Shown in pieces: positions 8,492-16,319 of a stretch of DNA of 39,245 nucleotides. A program made the position numbers and the translations under genes. The stretch comes from a virus. Numbering within the stretch: the first letter of the stretch is position 1; each line of letters starts with the position of its first letter. The DNA lies in IMG/VR virus record IMGVR_UViG_3300028835_000398, positions 1 to 39,245 of that record, one strand, 5' to 3'. The notes beneath the pieces were generated by a model, which ran no database searches, was not told where the DNA came from, and saw nothing but the letters and a program-made list of their open reading frames with translations.

Positions 8492-8838
8492 TGACAACTA
8501 GAGAAATATCTATTAAAGGTCAAAAGCTACGGATATTAACCTTTGCCGATGAATTAGAGCGATTGATTTCAGGAGCTACTACAGGTGATACTGGGACTGC
8601 TCCCATTTTCAAGGTAAAAGGAACATACATTTATTGGATTGATGATGATGGAAATGAACGGAGGGCTGAGGGGTCTGTTACTGGAAACACTGGAACTGTG
8701 GGAATAGTCAAAGTCAAAGGCGAACTTTTATATTTCAATGATGATGATGGCAATGAAAGATGGCTTAGGGCGATTTGGAGCATTGATAGCCTGAATAATG
8801 GCTATCCCTATCTGGGAGATAATCCACCCTCTTCATAA
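8491..8838 (+). CDS. Small tail-associated protein with an internal duplication
   Basis: 115 aa. KVKGTYIYWIDDDGNERR is duplicated as KVKGELLYFNDDDGNERW. The ATG overlaps the upstream TAA. Confidence 0.55.
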   Translation: MTTREISIKGQKLRILTFADELERLISGATTGDTGTAPIFKVKGTYIYWIDDDGNERRAEGSVTGNTGTVGIVKVKGELLYFNDDDGNERWLRAIWSIDSLNNGYPYLGDNPPSS

Positions 8839-8853
8839 GGTGAGGAAACCTTA

Positions 8854-9915
8854 GTGCTTATAATAATTACCAATGTAACCGAATTGCAGGCTATGGAGAA
8901 CGACCTAACTGCTGACTATGAGTTGAGCAATAACATAGATGCCTCTGCTACGTCAGGATGGAATAGTGGGGCAGGGTTTGACCCTGTTGGTAGTTCTGGT
9001 AGTGAGTTTACGGGAAGTTTTGACGGCAAGGGTTACACAATAAATAATTTATATATAAATAGACCTACAGAACGAGGTGTTGGTCTATTTGGCTATACGG
9101 ATGGTGCTGGGGAAATCAAGAATGTTGGGATTGTTAATTGTGATATAACTGGTGAGAAATATGTTGGGGCATTGGTGGGAGGGAGTGAGACTAATGATAC
9201 CAGTTTCACAAATTGTTATTCAACAGGTAGCATAACAGCAGGAAGTTCAACAACAACCACAGCTTCCGTTGGTGGTTTGTTCGGTTACGTTGGTGCACCC
9301 GTTGAAGATTGTTATTCTACTTGTAGTGTAAATGTTGCTGGTGGCTCTGGTAAGGTTCTTAATATCGGGGGGCTAATTGGGACACTACTTTCTGGTGGAG
9401 TTACACGCTCCTATGCGACTGGTGATGTAATTGTTACAGGTGATGGGGATATTGAGTCCATAGGTGGTCTTATCGGGTTAGATTTAAGTTCAAGCGGGTC
9501 AATATCAAAATGTTATTCAACTAGCGATATATCAGTTACGGCAGGAGATGAGGTATATGCTATAGGAGGATTTATTGGGGATAATTCTGTCCGCCCTTAC
9601 TCCGATTGCTATGCGAGGGGAAGTGTAACTGTTGTAGCTAGTAGCCCCGAAGCAAGTTCTGGTTTTATAGGGGGATTTATTGGCTTGAACTATCCTAGCG
9701 TGAACATTGATAATTGTTACTCTACGGGTTTATTAACTATAACTGATGGTGTGCCTTTTGTTGGTGGATTTTGCGGTGGTAATTATGGCACGATTACTAA
9801 TTGCTTCTGGAATATATCTACATCGGGAATGATTATAAGCGATGGTGGGACGGGGAAAGCAACAGCCCAGATGAAAACTCGGCAAACATTTGTTGATGCT
9901 GGTTGGAGTATTTAA
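8854..9915 (+). CDS. GLUG-motif repeat protein (beta-helical adhesin / receptor-binding candidate)
   Basis: 353 aa. Six units pair CYSTG/CYARG/SYATG with GG(L/F)(I/F)G (VGGLFGY, IGGLIGT, IGGLIGL, IGGFIGD, IGGFIGL, VGGFCGG). Confidence 0.65.
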   Translation: MLIIITNVTELQAMENDLTADYELSNNIDASATSGWNSGAGFDPVGSSGSEFTGSFDGKGYTINNLYINRPTERGVGLFGYTDGAGEIKNVGIVNCDITGEKYVGALVGGSETNDTSFTNCYSTGSITAGSSTTTTASVGGLFGYVGAPVEDCYSTCSVNVAGGSGKVLNIGGLIGTLLSGGVTRSYATGDVIVTGDGDIESIGGLIGLDLSSSGSISKCYSTSDISVTAGDEVYAIGGFIGDNSVRPYSDCYARGSVTVVASSPEASSGFIGGFIGLNYPSVNIDNCYSTGLLTITDGVPFVGGFCGGNYGTITNCFWNISTSGMIISDGGTGKATAQMKTRQTFVDAGWSI

Positions 9916-9926
9916 GGAGGTTCTGA

Positions 9927-10202
9927 GTGAAACCATACAAAAAGAACTGGATAGATAGACTTATCACGCACAATAGAGATAGTGTAGGTGACTTCGGAAT
10001 TAGGGTTGTGCTTCATATACCAGTAGGGTTTCTCATCGGGTTTCTTCTGGTGTTTTCTTCCTTAGCTGGCATAGGTCTTTTGCTTCTTTTTCTGGTCTAT
10101 GAATGGACGGAGGACTGGAGAGTCCAAGACCACGCTTGGAAGGACTTATTTGGTGGAATGGTAGGGTGTGTTGTGGGTATTATATTTGGATTGGTTCTTT
10201 AG
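9927..10202 (+). CDS. Small membrane protein with about 3 TM segments (holin candidate)
   Basis: 91 aa. Hydrophobic stretches are VVLHIPVGFLIGFLLVF, LAGIGLLLLFLVY and MVGCVVGIIFGLVL. It is the second-to-last gene of the late operon. Confidence 0.5.
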   Translation: MKPYKKNWIDRLITHNRDSVGDFGIRVVLHIPVGFLIGFLLVFSSLAGIGLLLLFLVYEWTEDWRVQDHAWKDLFGGMVGCVVGIIFGLVL

Positions 10203-10229
10203 GGGAATTTAGGTAGTAGGAGTGATATT

Positions 10230-10544
10230 ATGGCTGGCTACAAAGAGGTTATCGCTGCAATAGGTGAAGTCAAAGTAGAGATTGGTAAGAACACTCAGGC
10301 TCTTACCGACTTGAAGGACAGATTGTATGATGGTGATGGCGACATACCAGAGATTAAGGAGAGGTGCAAGGAAATAAATGGTGTGGTAAAAGAACATACC
10401 AAGAAGTTCGCTAGCTTACCTTGTCGGGTGTTATGTAAGAACAAGAAGCTCTGGGTATTGATAGTTGTAGTTCTTCTGGGTGGCGGTGGCTTTCTAAGCA
10501 AAGAAACCATTGTGAGCCTAATAAACCTTTTTAGCCAAAGCTGA
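10230..10544 (+). CDS. C-terminally membrane-anchored coiled-coil protein (lysis accessory candidate)
   Basis: 104 aa with a single TM segment (LWVLIVVVLLGGGGFL) near the C-terminus. AGGAG RBS. Last late gene. Confidence 0.45.
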   Translation: MAGYKEVIAAIGEVKVEIGKNTQALTDLKDRLYDGDGDIPEIKERCKEINGVVKEHTKKFASLPCRVLCKNKKLWVLIVVVLLGGGGFLSKETIVSLINLFSQS

Positions 10545-10556
10545 GTGCTGTTCAGA

Positions 10557-10585
10557 CCCCCTCAGAGCCAAAACTGAGGGGGTTT
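10557..10585 (+). terminator. Intrinsic terminator at the convergent late/early junction
   Basis: CCCCCTCAG-AGCCAAAA-CTGAGGGGG followed by TTT, 13 nt after the stop at 10544. Confidence 0.7.
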
Positions 10586-10663
10586 AGTATGGCGGTGGAG
10601 GGATTATACTAAAGAGCACCTAAACACAGGGCATTAGAGCACACAGAATGAGTAACAGCCGTT

Positions 10664-10861
10664 CTACCGCACTACCCTGCCAGCCTTTATATCATCGGGA
10701 GTTATCAGTCCGCTTATGCGGGGCTTAGCTGCCTCCCTCTCCTGAGCCACCAGATAATCAATGACCTTGACTATCTCCTGACATCTAGCACAAAAACCAC
10801 GCTTTGATGTGGGTATGGCGTTTCTACCGCAGGACGGAATGACGCAGGGGTTATACTTCAT
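10664..10861 (-). CDS. Small zinc-ribbon-like protein
   Basis: 65 aa with a CVIPSC...CARC cysteine pattern. The start overlaps the stop of the upstream gene. Confidence 0.55.
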   Translation of the reverse strand: MKYNPCVIPSCGRNAIPTSKRGFCARCQEIVKVIDYLVAQEREAAKPRISGLITPDDIKAGRVVR

Positions 10862-11082
10862 CGCTCAACCATATCGTAAAGTCTAGCTAAAATGCCGACA
10901 GCCTCAGCAATTTCTTGCTGAATTGTAGCACAGCCTTCATTGTGGTTTATAGCGTGGGCTACTTCACCTAATTCCTCAGTCGCAGCAATCAATAATAATT
11001 CTGGTGACTTATCTACTTCGCCCCACTTAGCTTTGCCTCTGGCTATTTCGTGATTGACGCTTTGGATTAGTTTTTGTTTCAT
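10858..11082 (-). CDS. MazG-like nucleoside triphosphate pyrophosphohydrolase (all-alpha NTP-PPase)
   Basis: Contains KAKWGE...EELGEVAHAI...EIAEAVGILARLYD, an EExxE-type metal-binding helix pair. The preferred start is ATG 11082 (MKQKL) after AGGAGA; the track ORF extends to 11199. Confidence 0.65.
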   Translation of the reverse strand: MKQKLIQSVNHEIARGKAKWGEVDKSPELLLIAATEELGEVAHAINHNEGCATIQQEIAEAVGILARLYDMVER

Positions 11083-11350
11083 ACAAACTCTCCTGTCGGG
11101 CAGTTGGCTTCCACTTATAATAAAGGAGATAATGTTCCTCAGCAACATAAATATCGCCATATCTAAACTTGTCCTTGACTGGCTTCTGCGAAATGGCATT
11201 ATACTTATGGGCTGTCAGGTGAGGAATTAACATCTGCTCCTGACCGTGAATGATTAAGATGTCCTCTTGCCTCTCCTGAGCTTGCTTGAGGTATTTATCC
11301 CTGATGGCTACCTGACCCTGCCAGATTGTGTTGACCTTTATCTTTATCAT
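11027..11350 (-). CDS. Hypothetical protein
   Basis: 107-aa ORF whose 3' end overlaps the MazG-like start by 56 nt. Confidence 0.45.
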   Translation of the reverse strand: MIKIKVNTIWQGQVAIRDKYLKQAQERQEDILIIHGQEQMLIPHLTAHKYNAISQKPVKDKFRYGDIYVAEEHYLLYYKWKPTARQESLYETKTNPKRQSRNSQRQS

Positions 11351-11723
11351 TCTCTAATTCCTTGAAGTCTACTACTATGCCATAAGGCATATTGATTGTT
11401 AGGTTCAGGCTAGCATTGCCACAGGCACAGCGATAGTGCCCCGTATATTGGCGACCTGAGCCACTTCCCATAGCCAGAAACATATACTTTCGGCACATCG
11501 GGCACTTTACTCTGATAAACTTTCTCATCAGTTCCATCTCATTGTTCGCAGTGGTGAGGATAGCTAAGCGGTGCTTGATTGAAAAGTCTATCGCTTGTTG
11601 CCTATAATCCTTCCCGCCCAATTTGTAAGGCTTGCCAAAGAAGTAGTGCTCAAGCTCCTCAGTAGTGTTTATCTCTGGGTCAGGGTTAATCGGTGCTAGC
11701 TTCCTTAACTCGCTCAGTTTCAT
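11295..11723 (-). CDS. Hypothetical protein with a Cys4 cluster
   Basis: 142 aa with CPMC...CACG. GGAGG RBS upstream. Confidence 0.55.
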   Translation of the reverse strand: MKLSELRKLAPINPDPEINTTEELEHYFFGKPYKLGGKDYRQQAIDFSIKHRLAILTTANNEMELMRKFIRVKCPMCRKYMFLAMGSGSGRQYTGHYRCACGNASLNLTINMPYGIVVDFKELENDKDKGQHNLAGSGSHQG

Positions 11724-11877
11724 TTGTTACCTCCTTATTCGGATTAGGATGGCATCTGCTACAACGCCAGCCCGAACCGTAGTTACTCACTAAGAACCAC
11801 CAATCATCAGAGCCACAAACGGAGCAAGGTCTATCTGGCTTTGTTGGTGGCAAAGGTGTATCAAGTATGCCTGCCAT
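11686..11877 (-). CDS. Small zinc-ribbon protein
   Basis: 63 aa with CSVC...CSRC. Confidence 0.55.
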   Translation of the reverse strand: MAGILDTPLPPTKPDRPCSVCGSDDWWFLVSNYGSGWRCSRCHPNPNKEVTNETERVKEASTD

Positions 11878-11904
11878 TTTAGCCTCAATCTCCTGCGATA
11901 GTTA

Positions 11905-12582
11905 CTAAGCCGTATCCCGATTGCTCTGAATGGTTATTACCCACACCCAGCAGTTAGGAATACTATGATACCGCTCAGGGTATTTGGCAGTTTTGGGGAT
12001 AGATTTGGCATCCTCTACACTCCAAGAGAATTGCCAAAACTCATATATCTTCAGCTCTCGGTTATAGACACGCTTCCATTTAGCATTGAGAAAGTTCCAA
12101 TAATCACGAAATTCCGCTATAGATTTGAAGCCTTCTTTAATGACATCTTCTGGCGGTATATCTTGTAATCTTTCTACTCTTAATCTAGTAATTTCTCTAT
12201 CTATCCGTGAAGCCCAGCGGGGCAAGAAAATTGATGGTCGCCAGTTTCCCAGCCTCACGAAATTACCGTCAGTGTATGTTTCTAGTGATGCCCTATATGC
12301 GATTTTAGTATGCTCTTTATTTAAGTATTTATATGTCTCCCTCACCCAGAGCCTATCGCCTACCTGACCGTAGGGGCATTTGATATTTAATATCCTGTCG
12401 CCATACTTAAATCTGAAGCTAAAGCGACCTAAGTTGTCAAAACCTATATGTTCCCAAGCATCAGGGTGCTTGTTAATTTCCCCCAGCCCATAAGTCCGTC
12501 TAGTCTGTGTTTTTATACTATCCAGTATCTTCTTCGGATGGTCACCACTCATTATAATTCCTGTCTCTTTAATTATCCTCAT
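11905..12582 (-). CDS. ASCH/PUA-like domain protein (tentative)
   Basis: 225 aa. KILDSIKTQTRR and GDRLWVRETY resemble ASCH-type strand motifs. An alternative start is MSGDHP at about 12552. Confidence 0.4.
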   Translation of the reverse strand: MRIIKETGIIMSGDHPKKILDSIKTQTRRTYGLGEINKHPDAWEHIGFDNLGRFSFRFKYGDRILNIKCPYGQVGDRLWVRETYKYLNKEHTKIAYRASLETYTDGNFVRLGNWRPSIFLPRWASRIDREITRLRVERLQDIPPEDVIKEGFKSIAEFRDYWNFLNAKWKRVYNRELKIYEFWQFSWSVEDAKSIPKTAKYPERYHSIPNCWVWVITIQSNRDTA

Positions 12583-12751
12583 CGGCAGCGTCCCTCACTT
12601 CCTTTATTCTTACCAATTCATAGAGCCAGCACTTAACAAGTCTAGGCTTATCGGTATTCCTACCGTGCCATAGCCAAACAAAGTCTTCATCTTGGCTTAC
12701 GAAGTAGCCAGCCTGCTTTTGCTGATGGGTAAGCAAGCCTATAAATATCAT
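12569..12751 (-). CDS. Hypothetical small protein
   Basis: 60-aa ORF in the early operon. Confidence 0.4.
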   Translation of the reverse strand: MIFIGLLTHQQKQAGYFVSQDEDFVWLWHGRNTDKPRLVKCWLYELVRIKEVRDAADEDN

Positions 12752-12775
12752 TCCAACTCACCGAACTATGTCTGC

Positions 12776-13018
12776 TCATACTGGCATCTTTAATATGAGA
12801 CGGGCATAATGAAAACAAGGGCGACCATCATTAGCAGTATGCTCGCTAACGTTTACCTTCTTATCCATCGGAGAGTCTTGACACCAACCACCCTGCCGAG
12901 TTTTCTTTTTAGTATAGAGTGGACAATCACAGCATTTTATATCAGGAACACTCGCTACGAGTTTAGCGTATTCCCTCAACTCTGGTGTCCAAAATGGCAT
13001 CGTCATTTCAATTAACAC
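12776..13018 (-). CDS. Hypothetical Cys-rich small protein
   Basis: 80 aa with CCDCP...C...C. Confidence 0.5.
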   Translation of the reverse strand: MLIEMTMPFWTPELREYAKLVASVPDIKCCDCPLYTKKKTRQGGWCQDSPMDKKVNVSEHTANDGRPCFHYARLILKMPV

Positions 13019-13208
13019 TCCCCTTCGGTGCTATGGATTTAACTGAGCCGTTATCGTAAAACTCTAGCTTATAGCCTGACTGAGTGATGGCGTGAATGTA
13101 GGCAAGGTGCAAGTTCCTTAGCTGAGTTTGGAACAAGTCTTGCTTAAAGTTCCTATCGTCAGATAGAGCTTTAAGCGTTTCTAAATCACCCATCTCAAAC
13201 CTCACCAT
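13008..13208 (-). CDS. Hypothetical small protein, tandem paralogue of 13215..13421
   Basis: LETLKALSDDRNFKQDLFQ here matches LLDTFKALADDRDFKKYQFE in the neighbour. Confidence 0.55.
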   Translation of the reverse strand: MVRFEMGDLETLKALSDDRNFKQDLFQTQLRNLHLAYIHAITQSGYKLEFYDNGSVKSIAPKGSVN

Positions 13209-13214
13209 TATTAT

Positions 13215-13421
13215 TCACCTCCAAAATAACTCAACAAAGAAGCGAGTTAGTGCCTCACCTTCAGGGCTTAACTTATAATCTATCTTAGGAAGCGTAGACT
13301 TAATAAAAGCCTCAATGTATTCTTTCTTAGCTTCTTCAAACTGATACTTCTTAAAGTCCCTGTCGTCAGCTAGTGCTTTGAAGGTATCAAGCAGGTGTTG
13401 GTATGGGTTCTGGTTCATCAA
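13215..13421 (-). CDS. Hypothetical small protein, tandem paralogue of 13008..13208
   Basis: Shares the KAL(A/S)DDR(D/N)FK block with its neighbour. TTG-ATG start. Confidence 0.55.
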   Translation of the reverse strand: MMNQNPYQHLLDTFKALADDRDFKKYQFEEAKKEYIEAFIKSTLPKIDYKLSPEGEALTRFFVELFWR

Positions 13422-13576
13422 TTATCACCCCCTCTTTTTGGATAGGCACAGTCTAGGCATAGCTGCTTACCGTCCCTGAACACAATGCAGTTATCGCATA
13501 CGTGCTTTCCGCAGTTATCGCATAAGTAGCCAGCTATAGCCTCACGCTTACATCGCTCACATTTCCAATCACTCAT
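13418..13576 (-). CDS. 52-aa protein with four CxxC pairs (below the ORF-track size cutoff)
   Basis: My translation is MSDWKCERCKREAIAGYLCDNCGKHVCDNCIVFRDGKQLCLDCAYPKRGGDN. The ATG overlaps the upstream TGA (ATGA) and the stop overlaps the next start. Confidence 0.6.
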   Translation of the reverse strand: MSDWKCERCKREAIAGYLCDNCGKHVCDNCIVFRDGKQLCLDCAYPKRGGDN

Positions 13577-13980
13577 TTCAGTATCCTCTCTATCTCCTCA
13601 ATACTCCTGATAATATGGTAACGGCAATTATGCTCCTTGACCTTAAACTCAAAAGTCTTTTGGTCTGGTTGTTGTTTTCCAGTCGTAGATTTAACTTCAA
13701 TAAAGATAACGAAACAAATAGGGTGAGGTTCGCCTTTTAATTGTCCTAAATATTGAGCTTGGACATTGCCACCTTGAAGCACAAGATAATCGGCAGTTCC
13801 TTTTGGGCTACCTTTTATTCTCCGCCTTGTGCCTCCACGAACTTCAATGAAATCCCCCGCATTAAGCCTGAAGAATATCAACCTACCTTGATTTTCAGCG
13901 TATTGCAGGTAGTCCTCCACCGCCCTCTTAATATCAGCTTCACTTATTTTGAAAGCTGTCTCACTAATTCCTTTAGACAC
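13573..13980 (-). CDS. VRR-NUC / PD-(D/E)xK nuclease (Holliday-junction-resolvase-like)
   Basis: 135 aa. GTADYLVL ... IFIEVKSTTGKQQPDQ fits the D...(D/E)xK...Q signature of VRR-NUC. Confidence 0.65.
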   Translation of the reverse strand: MSKGISETAFKISEADIKRAVEDYLQYAENQGRLIFFRLNAGDFIEVRGGTRRRIKGSPKGTADYLVLQGGNVQAQYLGQLKGEPHPICFVIFIEVKSTTGKQQPDQKTFEFKVKEHNCRYHIIRSIEEIERILK

Positions 13981-13995
13981 TTGGTATTTCCTGCC

Positions 13996-14412
13996 TTATG
14001 CTCTCTTCATTTTTTGTAGGAGTATTCTATTAGCCTCTTTTAACACCTGTTCCTCTGGTGTTCTTCTGCCTCCAACCCGTTGTCTGCTTTGGAACTCAAT
14101 GGCAATTTCTGCTTGTGGTCTTTTAATACGCAGATATGGCAAAATTGTTTTCAGAAAGTGGCACGCCTGTCTGTTTGATAATTGCCAGTTCCACGATGGT
14201 CGCCACTTAGGGTTATTCTTTTTAGCGTAGTGAATAGAACCACCCCAAGCGAAGTGTAACCACTTACAAAGCCACTCATCTGTTGACTCTACTTTAATCA
14301 TAAGCCCATATTTATGGCAACCTCTATATCTTTTGTCCCACTGCCTGCTGATATGAATACAACCCTCTCCGTCTATAATTCCTGCTGTATATGCCAAGTC
14401 AATCTTTTTCAT
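13996..14412 (-). CDS. LAGLIDADG homing endonuclease, free-standing, paralogue of 766..1206
   Basis: Contains LAYTAGIIDGEGCIHI and PYLRIKRPQAEIAI. The start overlaps the stop of the upstream Gp37/Gp68-like gene. Confidence 0.85.
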   Translation of the reverse strand: MKKIDLAYTAGIIDGEGCIHISRQWDKRYRGCHKYGLMIKVESTDEWLCKWLHFAWGGSIHYAKKNNPKWRPSWNWQLSNRQACHFLKTILPYLRIKRPQAEIAIEFQSRQRVGGRRTPEEQVLKEANRILLQKMKRA

Positions 14413-15236
14413 TTCGGTAACTCCTGTATCAATTCTCTTTTTAATAAGGGTTTGAGATTGTCCTTCTCAAATATAGCTATCCCCGCTTTTTTAGCTGAAG
14501 TTTCTATCTCCTCTACCCACTCTATCTTAGGTGGCTTGTATGGCTTGGTCTGAGCGCCATCTATAATCCAGCCAATACCAGCATCCTGTAGGTCTATTGG
14601 TGCTATTTGTATTCGTCCTAAATGTGGCTCTATGGAGAGGTATTTGACGCTTGCTTGTATCTGTTTAAGCCAGTAAAGGGCTTCATACCGCATTTTATCA
14701 GTAGTTATGGTGACACCGACATAACAATGCGGGGGGAACGGACTCCACTTGATTAGGTTCTGCGGTTGCTTGGTGAGGAGATAGAAGCGGTCAAATGGTC
14801 TACACCTTATAGCATCAAAAACATTTCTAGTCCATTCTTCGGGGATACCAATGCCGAACAAATCTGACATATCGCAGACAAATATCCCTCGGTGTGTTGC
14901 TACCTTGCGGTCTTTATTAGTAGTGAACTCCAAGACTCTATCTCCCCAGAAGCGGGGATAGAAGGGGTCAGCCAATCGTTCTTGTAATTCTTTAGGGTTA
15001 TGAGCACATTTAAGAACATCAGTATTACCAGCGATATAAGGATTAGCCAAATACCTAGACTTCAACCGCCCGCGTGCCAGCTTCCTCGCATAGCAGTATT
15101 CACAGCCGTTTAGACAACCAGTGATAGGATTATATGTCCAACCCAAATCATAGCTACTAGCTAATCTAGGGTTTAACTTAGGTGATTTCATTACGGGATT
15201 TCTTACCCACCCTGTTGCCGAACTTGCTCTATTCAT
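14409..15236 (-). CDS. Phage Gp37/Gp68 (DUF5131) family protein with a CX3CX2C cluster
   Basis: 275 aa. NPITGCLNGCEYCYARKLA matches the family's N-terminal three-Cys signature. Confidence 0.7.
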   Translation of the reverse strand: MNRASSATGWVRNPVMKSPKLNPRLASSYDLGWTYNPITGCLNGCEYCYARKLARGRLKSRYLANPYIAGNTDVLKCAHNPKELQERLADPFYPRFWGDRVLEFTTNKDRKVATHRGIFVCDMSDLFGIGIPEEWTRNVFDAIRCRPFDRFYLLTKQPQNLIKWSPFPPHCYVGVTITTDKMRYEALYWLKQIQASVKYLSIEPHLGRIQIAPIDLQDAGIGWIIDGAQTKPYKPPKIEWVEEIETSAKKAGIAIFEKDNLKPLLKRELIQELPK

Positions 15237-15475
15237 TTCAACTCCTCAACTGCTGGCTCGGAAGCTACATTTAGTGCTGGGTTGTGAACTGTTATATTTC
15301 CAGTCATACCAACTTGAATTAAAGGTGAAACTATTATTCGTATTCTGTTTGGAGCTTCTATATGGTGAAGGGTTAAAACTAGACGTGCCCCATCAATAAG
15401 CTGGACATCATCTATCACCCACCCTACGAGTTGCCTCAAGTCCTCTGGCTTATTGAATACCATTTTTTCTGCCAT
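15233..15475 (-). CDS. Hypothetical protein
   Basis: 80 aa, translationally coupled to both neighbours through overlapping start and stop codons. Confidence 0.55.
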   Translation of the reverse strand: MAEKMVFNKPEDLRQLVGWVIDDVQLIDGARLVLTLHHIEAPNRIRIIVSPLIQVGMTGNITVHNPALNVASEPAVEELK

Positions 15476-16296
15476 CAGAGTCTCCTATAGCTATCGCCAT
15501 CAATCTTGATAACCTTACCTTTAACCATTTCATATAACCTATCCCACGATGCTTCATCCCGCCCCCTAGTGCCGAAGTAATCCTGTAGCTCCTCTGGTGC
15601 TAAGTTAGCTGTGATAACAATAGGCACATCACGGTCATATCTGCCGTTGATAACCTTAAATAGTGTTCGCTGGACAAACTTGGGGTCTGTTCGCCTCTCC
15701 TTGCCAACATCATCAAGAATAAGCAGGTCTTTATAAATAAGCTCTTTTAAGATGTCGTCCTCATTGGGCAATAGCTGGCGTTCTTCATAGTTGTAGTTAT
15801 AGCTAGCCTGTATTCTCTGGTAAAGGTCAGGCTCGCTAATCCAGAGTATTCTAGGTATGACAAGCTCTGGGTCGTTCCACCTATCAAGTATCCTGTGGGC
15901 TATTGAGCAGGAAAGGTGTGTCTTGCCGACACCCCAAGAACTTTCCGAGTATATAAGCAAAGACCTGTAACCCTTTACATTTCTGCCTATAGGATATTCC
16001 TCAGCATAATTCCAGCACTCACGATAAGCCCTGTCTATTTCCTTGCCTCTACCTCTATCCCAAGAGCCTGTGCTAAAGTCTTTATTCATAAAGCGAGGCG
16101 GTATTCCCATACTAGCCCTTGCATCACGCCGTCTGGACAATACCTCAGTAGCTTTCTTAGCTACTTCCAGAGCCTCTAACTCCGCTAGTTTTTTCTGTGA
16201 ACAATCAGGGCAGCGTCCTTGCCCCCTCAAAGCTCGTATGCCTAGCACTTCCCAAAACTGAGGCTCAAATTCACCACTACAATCTATACATTTCAC
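15475..16296 (-). CDS. DnaC/IstB-like AAA+ helicase loader with an N-terminal zinc ribbon
   Basis: Walker A is WGVGKTHL and Walker B is LLILDDVG. The N-terminus has CIDC...CPDC. Confidence 0.8.
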   Translation of the reverse strand: MKCIDCSGEFEPQFWEVLGIRALRGQGRCPDCSQKKLAELEALEVAKKATEVLSRRRDARASMGIPPRFMNKDFSTGSWDRGRGKEIDRAYRECWNYAEEYPIGRNVKGYRSLLIYSESSWGVGKTHLSCSIAHRILDRWNDPELVIPRILWISEPDLYQRIQASYNYNYEERQLLPNEDDILKELIYKDLLILDDVGKERRTDPKFVQRTLFKVINGRYDRDVPIVITANLAPEELQDYFGTRGRDEASWDRLYEMVKGKVIKIDGDSYRRL

Positions 16297-16319
16297 AACT
16301 CTATATCACTCTCATTCAT

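Noticed and set aside
3525-9915. A diversity-generating retroelement targeting the fibre genes
   Set aside because: There is no reverse transcriptase ORF anywhere in the genome. I noticed no template/variable repeat pair with adenine-specific differences.
10545-10663. tRNA or small RNA genes in the larger intergenic gaps (also 17909-18061, 22813-23029 and 26753-27041)
   Set aside because: No cloverleaf-compatible arms or GTTCGAAT-type T-loops were seen by eye. Only simple hairpins, promoters and repeats are present. tRNAscan or Infernal could confirm this.
10858-11199. The full-length 113-aa version of the MazG-like ORF
   Set aside because: The N-terminal 39 aa (MPFRRSQSRTSLDMAIFMLLRNIISF...) look non-native and overlap the upstream gene. 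An internal ATG with an AGGAGA RBS begins exactly where the MazG-like helix starts.
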